Below, piece after piece: positions 19,553 to 28,432 of a DNA stretch of 64,000 nt (position 1 is its first letter; each line of letters starts with the position of its first letter). The translations under genes and the position numbers were made by a program. Below the pieces are notes generated by a model that saw only the letters and a list, made by a program, of their open reading frames with translations, searched no databases and was not told the DNA's origin. The stretch lies in assembly GCF_054482525.1 (NCBI RefSeq), contig NZ_CM137006.1; one strand, written 5' to 3'.

Positions 19553-20630
19553 AGTTGTATAAAGCGGCAGTCGCTTTTAACTCATCGCTGAAAGAATAAA
19601 TATCATCGAGAGATTCAATAGGATGGCGGGTTTCGTTTTTCTCTAAGTCAAATAAACCAATATATTTTTGATTTCGATTGAAATGTAATCTACAGAGTGG
19701 TTTTCGATTATTGTCATCTACAAGTATACCAAAATAGCTTTTTGTATCTCTGTGGACTATTCGTGGTGCATCAAGCACTACGCGGACTATAGCTTTAACA
19801 ATATGAAATCCTTCAAGTTCCTCCATAGTAGTGGCAATATCGGTTTCTTCTTTATTAATACATTCTACTTCCTCATTGTGTGAATTCGAATCAATTACAG
19901 ATAATGACCCACCACCTATTGCCGATTTCAATCTTTCGTTTATTTGAGAGCCAATATATTGATTGGCAGCTTTCTTTGTTAATTTTGCAAACGTATCTTT
20001 TACCTTTTGTGTTAACATACCTTCATAAATTCTTGCTGCAAAGAATTTTACAAAATCCTCTTCAGGATTATTCATTTGTGCATGGAGAACTTTTTTAATT
20101 AAACTAACATATTTTAATTCACCTGCAGCATTAATTATTGATTCCAAATCAAATGCTGATTTAGTAAGCTTTTTTATCTCGGGAACAACTGTTTCGTCTA
20201 AGTCAAGTAGATCTATCTCAAGAAATGGTTTTTCATCCATTTTATTAGGTGCTTCTAAATCAGTAAAAAATTTATAAACTTGTCCATTGGTTAGAATAGA
20301 TATTCTTGCATTTGTTACATGAAAGTATCGAAAAAGCTGTGAAGCATGATTTATATTTAGAGGATCACCAATTTTTTTGCATTCAATGAGAATCTGAACC
20401 TCGCTATTTTTTAAGATTGCATAGTCAATCTTTTCACCTTTCTTCGTTCCAATATCGCATACAAACTCTGGGATAACTTCGGTAGGATCAAAGACATCAT
20501 AACCTAACACATTGTTAATGAACGGCATTACGAAAGCATTTTTGGTAGCTTCCTCCGTTTCAATGACTCCGGCTTGTTGTTTTATTTTTGCGGATAATGA
20601 ATTCAGCTTATCTATAAACTCCATAGACAT
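19551..20630 (-). CDS. Uncharacterised 359-aa protein with N-terminal PD-(D/E)xK (HsdR-N-like) nuclease-fold domain; candidate defence gene
   Basis: ATG with AAGGAG RBS; N-terminal ~120 aa contain PEF...KIDYAIL...ILIECKK (E-D-ExK arrangement typical of HsdR N-terminal/Mrr-like nuclease domains); helical middle; unassigned C-terminal region VVLDAPRIVHRDTKSYFGILVDDNNRKPLCRLHFNRN; visibly AT-rich gene. Confidence 0.75.
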   Translation of the reverse strand: MSMEFIDKLNSLSAKIKQQAGVIETEEATKNAFVMPFINNVLGYDVFDPTEVIPEFVCDIGTKKGEKIDYAILKNSEVQILIECKKIGDPLNINHASQLFRYFHVTNARISILTNGQVYKFFTDLEAPNKMDEKPFLEIDLLDLDETVVPEIKKLTKSAFDLESIINAAGELKYVSLIKKVLHAQMNNPEEDFVKFFAARIYEGMLTQKVKDTFAKLTKKAANQYIGSQINERLKSAIGGGSLSVIDSNSHNEEVECINKEETDIATTMEELEGFHIVKAIVRVVLDAPRIVHRDTKSYFGILVDDNNRKPLCRLHFNRNQKYIGLFDLEKNETRHPIESLDDIYSFSDELKATAALYN

Positions 20631-21072
20631 TATAACTCCTTTTATATATATTTAATAAAAATGCGTTTGATAAAAATATAGAAAATATTTATATATTAAC
20701 GCCTTATCATTGGTCATAGTTAATGTATAACACACAAAAAATAATGTTTGCACATTGTAAATACAATGGTGAAACAAACTTGATATTTATCAAGAAAATA
20801 AAACAATGTCTTTTATTGGTTGTTTTAAACGTCCAATGAATACGAGTTGGAGCTATAGCAAGACTAGCTTCGATATCGCATGGATAATCTAATACAGATT
20901 TTTTAACACCTAATACTATGAGTTATATGTAAATTGCGAGCATCCTCGCATCTTTTCAACAAGTTACTGCACACCGTTATTCTCCTTCCGAGCGAGTCAA
21001 CTTTATCCCCCTGACGGCCCATATAAATCGCGCTATCGTGATTGTTATCGCTAATTGTGTGTGTATCGTGTG

Positions 21073-21078
21073 TATAAT
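21073..21078 (+). promoter_or_regulatory. Candidate -10 hexamer (TATAAT) for hicAB
   Basis: Perfect TATAAT 18 nt upstream of the hicA start, followed by GGAAGGG RBS-like sequence; no convincing -35 identified. Confidence 0.3.
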
Positions 21079-21095
21079 CATGGAAGGGCAGGGAT

Positions 21096-21281
21096 GTGAA
21101 AAGTGCAGACGTGATCGCTATCCTGAAGCAGCATGGCTGGGAACATATTCGAACCCGTGGCAGTCATCATCAGTTCCGCCACCCTGTTCATCCGGGTCTG
21201 GTGACGGTTCCGCACCCTAAAAAAGATATTAAGCCCGGTACGCTGGCGCAAATTGGGCGTCAGGCTGGTTTAACATTTTAA
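21096..21281 (+). CDS. hicA: HicA-family mRNA interferase toxin
   Basis: 61-aa ORF (GTG start) with GSHHQFRHP...HPKKDIKPGTLAQIGRQAGL, the HicA/YcfA-like signature; followed by hicB. Confidence 0.8.
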   Translation: MKSADVIAILKQHGWEHIRTRGSHHQFRHPVHPGLVTVPHPKKDIKPGTLAQIGRQAGLTF

Positions 21282-21297
21282 AATTTCAGGAGGCAAT

Positions 21298-21708
21298 ATG
21301 TTTTATCCCGCCTATATCCACAGTGATCCTGACGGCAGCGCCAGCGGTTTTTTCCCTGATGTTCCAGGCTGTTATTTTGCTGGTGATACGCTGGACAACG
21401 CTTTCCAGGATGCGCGAAGTGCACTTGTCGCGCACTTCGAAACCTTATGCGAGATGAATGAAGAGTTGCCGCTTCCAGGCTCTGTGGAAACACATCTGGT
21501 CCAGCGTGCGCAGGACTTTATTGGCGGGCAATGGTTGCTGGTGGATATCAATATGAATCAGTTCGAAGGTCGGGCTGAACGTATCAATATTACGATGCCG
21601 AAAAGATTACTGAACAAGATTGATACCTACGTGCGCAATAACCCAGACTACGCCAACAGAAGTGCGTTTCTGGCGGAAGCTGCCCGGCGTGTATTGCCGG
21701 GCGCTTAA
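21298..21708 (+). CDS. hicB: HicB-family antitoxin with C-terminal DNA-binding region
   Basis: 136-aa ORF 17 bp downstream of hicA; N-terminal HicB-like fold sequence and C-terminal RHH-like segment (ITMPKRLLNKIDTYV...AFLAEAARRVL). Confidence 0.8.
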   Translation: MFYPAYIHSDPDGSASGFFPDVPGCYFAGDTLDNAFQDARSALVAHFETLCEMNEELPLPGSVETHLVQRAQDFIGGQWLLVDINMNQFEGRAERINITMPKRLLNKIDTYVRNNPDYANRSAFLAEAARRVLPGA

Positions 21709-21779
21709 TCCCGCGTTTCGATGGTTGGCGGGCAACCGCACCGATATGTTGATACTGATAAGACGCGTTAAGCGTCGCA

Positions 21780-23744
21780 TCATGCGCTGGTTTCCTCATT
21801 CACCCAGATCCGCATTTCGCCTTCACCCCGGTTAGCCCAGCTAAACCACGGGATAAATGTCAGAGTTTGCGGCTGGCGTTTGGCTGGGGCATAGTCGTAA
21901 TGCCACAGCGGTTGCTGCTCTGGATTGCTCTGTTCATACCGGTAACCCGGTGCCTGGATTAAGATCTTATGGCGGAACAATCCTTTGCCTTCAAATGTCG
22001 TAAATGGCGCATCGGCGGGCAGCCACAGGTTATGCAGTGACTCGCCGTTGTCGGCCTGTTCCAGGCAATACACCAGCGGGCCGCGCTGAATCGCCACTTT
22101 TCCGGCGACGTGACGCACCAGCGGGTTACCGTAAACGCGACGTACCGGCATTGGCAAAGTCAGATTCAGCGTGTCACCCTCCTGCCATTCGCGGGTAATG
22201 TGCAAATACCCTTTACGAATATCCTGCTCGACCTCTTCCCCATTCAATATGATCTGCGGCTGTGTGCACCAGTCCGGCAGACGTAAAGCCAGCGTATGAC
22301 GTACCGGCTGGGGCGATTCGACCGCAATCGTCACCTGCTCCTGCCACGGATAGTTCCCGCTAACCCGCAGGCGCAACGTGCCATTTTCTACCGGCACTTC
22401 CATGCTGTTTCCTGCGTAGATGTTGATATACAACGCATCTTCACGCGGCGTGTAGAGATAATGACCAATCGAGGTCAGCACGCGGGCGATATTTGGCGGA
22501 CAACAAGCGCAGCCAAACCAACGCTGGCGGATCGGTTTAACGTGATCGTAGATATGGTTGAATTTCAGCGATTTTGGATGTACTTCCAGCGGATTCACAT
22601 AGAAGAAATGTTTGCCATCCAGTGCCATGCCGCCGAGCACAGTGTTGTACAGCGCGCGCTCCATCACATCGGCATATTGACTGTCGCCTTCCATTTCCAG
22701 CATTCGCCGGGCGAACATCATCAGGCCGATGGAAGCACAGCTTTCGGCGTATACCGTGTCATTCGGCAGATCGTAATCGCTGCTGAACGCTTCGCCGCTG
22801 CTTTGTGAGCCAATGCCGCCGGTAATATATAACTGACGCTGGGCCATATTGTTCCACAGCCGCAGGCAATCCTGACGCTTGCTTTCATCGTGACTTAAAC
22901 GCGCCAGATGTGCGACGCCAGTCATCAGATATACAAAGCGTACTGCATGTCCGATGGCGGTTTGTTGCTGTGCGATGGGCAAATGCGCCTGGCTGTAGGC
23001 TTTATCTTTCACCATCCACGCCGGGCCGTAGGTGTGCCAGTGCGAGGTCTGCCCGCGCTTTTCATATTCCTGGTCGTAATAGTGCGGTTGCGCACCACGC
23101 TGTTCGACAAAATAGTTCGTCAGCGCCAGGTAGCGCGGCTCTTCGGTCACTTCATACAGGCGCATTAGTGCCAGTTCAATTTCCGGGTGACCAGGATAAC
23201 CGTGTAACTTACTTTCACCTGGACCAAATACGCTGTCGATATGATCGGCCAGACGGCAAACCACTTCCAGCAAGCGCCGCTTGCCCGTGGCCTGGAAGAA
23301 GGCGACTCCGGCTTCAATCAGATGACCGGCGCAGTAAAGTTCATGACACTCTGCCAGATTGCTCCAGCGTTCTTCGGGTGCTTTTACCGTAAAGTAAGTA
23401 TTGAGATAGCCATCTTCGCACTGGGCGGAAGCGACCAGTTCGATTACCTCGTCGGCGGTTTTTTCCAGTTCGGCGTCCGGCTTCTGGCACAGCGACCAGG
23501 CTACCGCTTCCAGCCATTTGGCGACGTCGCTGTCCTGAAACACCATCCCGTAAAATTCACCCTCCTGAAGTCCGGCGGCAATGCGAAAGTTTTCAATCGC
23601 ATGGCTGGGTTCCGCTTCTGGGATACGATCGTTCAAGGCATCCCACTGATAAGGAATCACCACGTCGCGGACCAGTTGTTGGTACTGACCGAGGAACGGA
23701 TCGCTGACCGTCAGTTTATGCAGATCGACTTCCGAAATGTTCAT
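21780..23744 (-). CDS. Glycoside hydrolase family 127 (DUF1680, beta-L-arabinofuranosidase-like) protein
   Basis: 654-aa translation from ATG at 23744 (MNISEVDLHKL...) with perfect AAGGAG RBS; Cys-rich C-terminal CACCPPN motif and overall similarity pattern to HypBA1-type enzymes as recalled; ORF-track 670-aa version is an extension. Confidence 0.75.
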   Translation of the reverse strand: MNISEVDLHKLTVSDPFLGQYQQLVRDVVIPYQWDALNDRIPEAEPSHAIENFRIAAGLQEGEFYGMVFQDSDVAKWLEAVAWSLCQKPDAELEKTADEVIELVASAQCEDGYLNTYFTVKAPEERWSNLAECHELYCAGHLIEAGVAFFQATGKRRLLEVVCRLADHIDSVFGPGESKLHGYPGHPEIELALMRLYEVTEEPRYLALTNYFVEQRGAQPHYYDQEYEKRGQTSHWHTYGPAWMVKDKAYSQAHLPIAQQQTAIGHAVRFVYLMTGVAHLARLSHDESKRQDCLRLWNNMAQRQLYITGGIGSQSSGEAFSSDYDLPNDTVYAESCASIGLMMFARRMLEMEGDSQYADVMERALYNTVLGGMALDGKHFFYVNPLEVHPKSLKFNHIYDHVKPIRQRWFGCACCPPNIARVLTSIGHYLYTPREDALYINIYAGNSMEVPVENGTLRLRVSGNYPWQEQVTIAVESPQPVRHTLALRLPDWCTQPQIILNGEEVEQDIRKGYLHITREWQEGDTLNLTLPMPVRRVYGNPLVRHVAGKVAIQRGPLVYCLEQADNGESLHNLWLPADAPFTTFEGKGLFRHKILIQAPGYRYEQSNPEQQPLWHYDYAPAKRQPQTLTFIPWFSWANRGEGEMRIWVNEETSA

Positions 23745-23754
23745 CTTGTGCTCC

Positions 23755-25155
23755 TTAAGGCTGTACATGACGCTGACGCAGGTCGCTAGCAATGCGTGAC
23801 ATCATAGGGTTATTGAGTTTGCAAAAGCGGATCGCCCCTGCCAGCAGCAGGTGGAATAGCGCAGGCAGTAATGTTTCCATCGCCGCGATGCCGCCAAGCG
23901 AACTGGCGGTCTGGTTTTCCACGCCAGGCTGGTAGGCGACAAAAATAAACAGCAGGCTGATGATCCCGGCGCTGGAGGCCCAGGCCAGTTTGATGAAAAA
24001 CAGATTGAAGGCGAAGTTCATGCCGGAAGAACGTACGCGGGTTTTCCACTCGCCGTAGTCATCGGCAAAGGCCATCAATGAGAAGTGCAGTGGCAATGTG
24101 AAGCCAAGAATCACGCCATTACCGAGGATCACCGCCAGCCACAGCGTTTGATAAGCCGGGCCGGAGGGCAGGAACCACATCAACACCGCCAGTGAAGCGA
24201 GGAGCAGGTTGGTGTAGTAATAAATTTTGACGGTATCGAAACGTCGCGTTAACGGGCTGACAATCACCGAGCCGATAATGGAGGCGAAGGTGACCATAGT
24301 GAAGAACAGCGACGTGTAGCCCGTACTGCCTTGTAAGACGTAGGTAATAAAGTACATATACCCACCGCCGCGAATATTAAAGACGTTAATCAGCAGGAAA
24401 GACATGACCAGCATCAGCAGCAGTTGGTCGTTGTTCCGCAGCCCGGCAAGATGTTCGCGCAGGGTAAATTTCCCCATTGTGGAGAGCGGCACCCGTTCAC
24501 GAACCCAGAAGAAACAGCACAGTAACATCACCACGGCAATGGCGCACAATACGCCGACGCCCAGTTGATAGCCGCGCGCGGCATTACCCTGACCGAAGAG
24601 ATCTACCATCCACGGTAAGCCTACCGAAACCAGAAATCCCGCCACGCCGCAGAGAACGAATCGCCAGGACTGGCAGGAGATCACTTCATTGTGGCGGGTG
24701 GTCATGGTGTTGATCAGCGCGCAGTACGGCACGTTGATGGCGGTATAACCGACTGAAAGGAGCAGGTAAGTGCCGAACGCCCAGGCGATTTTTACTCCCA
24801 TGCTGGCATCTGGCACGGTGAACGTCAGGATGCCGATAATGCCGATGGGAATGGCAATCCACAACTGCCACGGACGAAAGCGCCCCCAGCGACTTTGCGT
24901 CCGGTCGGCAATGACGCCCATCACCGGGTCGGAGATGGCATCAAACACGCGCAGTGCAATAAACAGCGTGCCGACCAGCGCCGGAGTTAAGCCAAAAACG
25001 TCGGTGTAGAAAAAGGTGAGAAAGTTCATGATCAGGCAAGTTATTACGGTGCCGCCTGCGTCACCCAGGCCGTAGCCTATTTTTTCCCGTACAGATAACG
25101 CATCGTCAATTTTACCTTTAGCGATATCAGCGGTAGTAATCGGTGTAGAGGTCAT
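23755..25155 (-). CDS. GPH-family (glycoside-pentoside-hexuronide:cation) symporter
   Basis: 466-aa ORF with 12 predicted hydrophobic segments and MelB/YicJ-like N-terminus ([10 protein letters not shown]...[21 protein letters not shown]). Confidence 0.8.
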   Translation of the reverse strand: MTSTPITTADIAKGKIDDALSVREKIGYGLGDAGGTVITCLIMNFLTFFYTDVFGLTPALVGTLFIALRVFDAISDPVMGVIADRTQSRWGRFRPWQLWIAIPIGIIGILTFTVPDASMGVKIAWAFGTYLLLSVGYTAINVPYCALINTMTTRHNEVISCQSWRFVLCGVAGFLVSVGLPWMVDLFGQGNAARGYQLGVGVLCAIAVVMLLCCFFWVRERVPLSTMGKFTLREHLAGLRNNDQLLLMLVMSFLLINVFNIRGGGYMYFITYVLQGSTGYTSLFFTMVTFASIIGSVIVSPLTRRFDTVKIYYYTNLLLASLAVLMWFLPSGPAYQTLWLAVILGNGVILGFTLPLHFSLMAFADDYGEWKTRVRSSGMNFAFNLFFIKLAWASSAGIISLLFIFVAYQPGVENQTASSLGGIAAMETLLPALFHLLLAGAIRFCKLNNPMMSRIASDLRQRHVQP

Positions 25156-25380
25156 AGATATTCCTCGTGAATAGGGAGCAATTTTTAGTTTTATTGCAAT
25201 GACCTGATTAATTCTGCCGTGAACGGGAATATCAACAAGGCGAGAAAAGAGTAAAAAAAGGTGACGATTCCGACCTGAATTTAAAAGTGTGAAATGGATC
25301 AGGTGAAATTAATGTTTTTGATTAATAATCAAAAGGTAATGTGTTTAATCATTAATGAATAAGCGGGAAATTACATATCA

Positions 25381-26196
25381 ATGCTCGAATTATCCATGAC
25401 GTTACCGATTAAAGTGCAAAATGGTGGATTATTTATTTCCCGTGGCGTAGGGAGGCATCCGGCAAGGCGGCTGGAGTCATGGGAAATTATCTTTGTCGAA
25501 AAAGGTCGATTAGCGATTCAGGAAGAAGAGCGGATATTTCTGGTCGATGCGGGAGAGAGTTTATTACTCTGGCCGAACCGACAGCATGTTGGGGTAGAGG
25601 ATTTTCCCGCTGATCTCAAATTTTACTGGCTGCATTTTGAGGTTAAAGCGCCGGACAACGACCCGCGCTGGCTCACTCATCTTAGCGTGCCGCAACAAAC
25701 AAAGGTTGCCGATCCGCAGGCGTTGGTGGTCCTGTTTCGCCAGTTCTTAAGCGAACAGGAAAAGCATCAACGCACTCCGGCGCTGGAGTTTATTGTGCTG
25801 CTGATTTTGCAGCAACTCACCCGTGACGCGCGTCTTGATGAACAGGCCGATGCCGCAGGTACCACGCTTGCCTGGAAAGCGCAGAAACTGATCCGCACGC
25901 AATATCATCGCCCGCTTTCTACGGCGCTTTTAGCCCGCGAGCTGTACTGCAATGCCGATTATCTTGGGCGTGTCTATCGGCGGGTGTTTCATCTGACGTT
26001 AACAGAAGCAATTCATCGCCAGCGAGTGCGCGAAGCCGAAAAGCTGTTAATTAGCGAAGCGCGATCGCTCACTGAAGTGGCGGCGTTGTGCGGGTTTAAT
26101 GACGTTGGCTATTTCCGGCAGATTTTTCGCAAACACACCGGTTTAACGCCAGCTGCGTGGAAGCGACGTTACAGCAAGGAACATATCAATTCGTAG
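25381..26196 (+). CDS. AraC/XylS-family transcriptional regulator
   Basis: 271-aa ORF with C-terminal AraC-type HTH signature (LTEVAALCGFNDVGYFRQIFRKHTGLTPAAWKRR); divergent from the transporter gene. Confidence 0.8.
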   Translation: MLELSMTLPIKVQNGGLFISRGVGRHPARRLESWEIIFVEKGRLAIQEEERIFLVDAGESLLLWPNRQHVGVEDFPADLKFYWLHFEVKAPDNDPRWLTHLSVPQQTKVADPQALVVLFRQFLSEQEKHQRTPALEFIVLLILQQLTRDARLDEQADAAGTTLAWKAQKLIRTQYHRPLSTALLARELYCNADYLGRVYRRVFHLTLTEAIHRQRVREAEKLLISEARSLTEVAALCGFNDVGYFRQIFRKHTGLTPAAWKRRYSKEHINS

Positions 26197-26227
26197 TGCC
26201 GGGGCGATGAAGCCCCGGCGTGAGGGA

Positions 26228-26923
26228 TTACTGCCCGTAATAGGCATTGGCCCCATGTTTACGCAGGTAGTGCTTATCCAGCAGTTCGTTTTGCATGGCA
26301 GGGAGCTGCGGCGCAAGCTGGCGCGAGAACAGGCCCATATAGGCGCACTCTTCCAGCACCACGGCATTATGCACCGCATCGGCGGCGTTTTTACCCCAGG
26401 CGAACGGGCCGTGAGAATGCACCAGTACCGCCGGGATTTGCGCCGGACTCCTGCCGCGTTCTTCGAAAGTTTCAATGATCACTTCGCCGGTCTGGTATTC
26501 ATACTCGCCGTTGATCTCCTCTGCGGTCATCTGTCGCGTGCAGGGGATTGCGCCATAGAAATAATCGGCGTGCGTGGTGCCCCAGGCAGGGAGATCCAGC
26601 CCGGCCTGTGACCAGATGGTGGCGTGGCGCGAGTGGGTATGCACAATGCCACCGATTTCGGCATAGCGACGGTAAAGCGCCAGATGCGTTGGCGTATCGG
26701 ACGAGGGCTTTTTGCTACCTTCCACCACCTTGCCGCTGGCTATCTCAACCACCACCATATCGTCGGCGGTCATCACGTCGTACTCGACGCCGGAAGGTTT
26801 GATTACCATCCATTGCCGCGTTTCGTCTATCGCGCTGACATTGCCCCAGGTGAACGTCACCAGATGGTGAGCGGGAAGCGCCAGATTCGCCGCCAGCATG
26901 TCGGCTTTCAGTTGCTCTAACAT
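26228..26923 (-). CDS. sgbE: L-ribulose-5-phosphate 4-epimerase
   Basis: 231-aa ORF; class II aldolase/epimerase motifs; matches recalled SgbE. Confidence 0.92.
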   Translation of the reverse strand: MLEQLKADMLAANLALPAHHLVTFTWGNVSAIDETRQWMVIKPSGVEYDVMTADDMVVVEIASGKVVEGSKKPSSDTPTHLALYRRYAEIGGIVHTHSRHATIWSQAGLDLPAWGTTHADYFYGAIPCTRQMTAEEINGEYEYQTGEVIIETFEERGRSPAQIPAVLVHSHGPFAWGKNAADAVHNAVVLEECAYMGLFSRQLAPQLPAMQNELLDKHYLRKHGANAYYGQ

Positions 26924-27777
26924 ATAAATCCAGCCTCCTGCATACGCGCTTCAATCCAGCGCCGCGCCTGAATAATCTCCAGCACCGGCTCTTTGGCTTT
27001 TTCGGTCCACATCTCAATCAGGAAAGAACCGCGATAGTTCAGTTCATGCAGCGTTTTGAAGATGCCAACGAAATCGACGCAGCCTTCGCCAAACGGCACA
27101 TCACGGAACTGTCCGGGATTTTGCCCGGTGACTGGCAGGGTGTCTTTCAGATGGATTGCGGCAATACGGTCAATGCCCAGTTTCAGTTCGGCGGGAACAT
27201 CATTGCCCCAGGCGCTGAGGTTGCCGACGTCCGGGTAGACGGTGAACCACGGCGAGGCGAGCATCTCGTCCCACTTTTTCCATTTGCTGATGGAGTTCAT
27301 AAACGCGGTATCCATAATCTCCACCGCCAGCATTACTTGTGATGCCGCCGCCTGTTCGACCGCCCACGCCAGCCCTTCAGCAAAACGTTGCTGGGTGCCT
27401 TCGTCGTGGTCTTCGTAATAGACGTCATAACCCGCCAGTTGAATGGTGCGAATGCCGAGATCGCGCGCCAGGCGAATCGCTTTACTCATGATTTCCCGCG
27501 CCCGTTCGCGCACCGCCTTGTCCCGGCTGCCAAAGGGAAAGCGACGATGTGCGGACAGGCACATTGACGGAATGGCAACACCCGTTTCGATCATCGCGGC
27601 AACCAGCGAAGTCCTTTGTGCGGCGCTCCAGTCAAGACGTGAGAGCCGTTCGTCGGTTTCATCCACCGACATTTCGACAAAATCAAAGCCACAGCTTTTT
27701 GCCAGCACCAGCCGCTCCGGCCAGGAGAGATCTTTCGCCAGCGCTTTTTCATAAATCCCTAACGGATGATTACGCAC
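26917..27777 (-). CDS. sgbU: L-xylulose-5-phosphate 3-epimerase
   Basis: Translation from GTG at 27777 ([23 protein letters not shown]...) gives 286 aa as recalled for SgbU; start choice uncertain, ORF track extends to 27867. Confidence 0.88.
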   Translation of the reverse strand: MRNHPLGIYEKALAKDLSWPERLVLAKSCGFDFVEMSVDETDERLSRLDWSAAQRTSLVAAMIETGVAIPSMCLSAHRRFPFGSRDKAVRERAREIMSKAIRLARDLGIRTIQLAGYDVYYEDHDEGTQQRFAEGLAWAVEQAAASQVMLAVEIMDTAFMNSISKWKKWDEMLASPWFTVYPDVGNLSAWGNDVPAELKLGIDRIAAIHLKDTLPVTGQNPGQFRDVPFGEGCVDFVGIFKTLHELNYRGSFLIEMWTEKAKEPVLEIIQARRWIEARMQEAGFIC

Positions 27778-28432
27778 GCGCGCCTCCCCAGATGGCATCA
27801 ATTTGCGCATGGAAATCGCCAGCCACCTGCGCCGGATTTGCTGCGCCTGCCAGCGCCCGCCCGGCAATAAACGCTTTCACGCGGATATCTTTAAACAGCG
27901 GCAGGTCAGCAGGGGTAATCCCGCCGGTAATGGAAAGCTCAAGGCCGATATCGGAAAGCGCCTTCATGCGTGCCAGATCGGCTTCGCCCCACTGTTGCCC
28001 GCTGGCCTGCGCGTCGCGACCGCGATGATAAATCGCCTGCCGCACGCCAATACGATGCCAGTCGCGGGCGTCGTCCAGCGTCCAGTTACCGAACAGCTCT
28101 ATCTGAATTTCACCACCGCAGCGTTGCGCCATGGCGTGGCCTTTTTCCACCGTCGCGAGCGGCGCGGCGCAGATGATGGTCATCCAGTTAGCGCCTGCGC
28201 CAAACGCCTGTTGCGCGAGCGTTTCACCAGCGTCGGCGACCTTCCAGTCAGCAACGATGATTTTGTCCGGGCACTGTTCGCGCAAGGCTTTCACCGCGCC
28301 AAGCCCTTCGTTTAAACAGAGAATGGTGCCCGCTTCGACGATATCGACGCTGTCTTTTAACAGCGTCACGTCGCGCTGCGCGGCTTCAAGTGATGAGTGG
28401 TCGAGGGCCAGTTGCAGAAGTGGTCGGCTCAT
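27770..28432 (-). CDS. sgbH: 3-keto-L-gulonate-6-phosphate decarboxylase
   Basis: 220-aa ORF, OMP-decarboxylase-like fold sequence; operon position between lyxK and sgbU. Confidence 0.92.
   Translation of the reverse strand: MSRPLLQLALDHSSLEAAQRDVTLLKDSVDIVEAGTILCLNEGLGAVKALREQCPDKIIVADWKVADAGETLAQQAFGAGANWMTIICAAPLATVEKGHAMAQRCGGEIQIELFGNWTLDDARDWHRIGVRQAIYHRGRDAQASGQQWGEADLARMKALSDIGLELSITGGITPADLPLFKDIRVKAFIAGRALAGAANPAQVAGDFHAQIDAIWGGARA

Noticed and set aside
16490-20768. Shared cacattgt...acaatg motif in the selB terminator and the 20753..20768 palindrome
   Set aside because: Short AT-rich palindromes of this kind recur by chance; no further shared flanking sequence, so not treated as a repeated element.
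21038-21220. 60-aa plus-strand ORF overlapping hicA in another frame
   Set aside because: The hicA frame carries the HicA signature; the alternate frame has no recognisable features.
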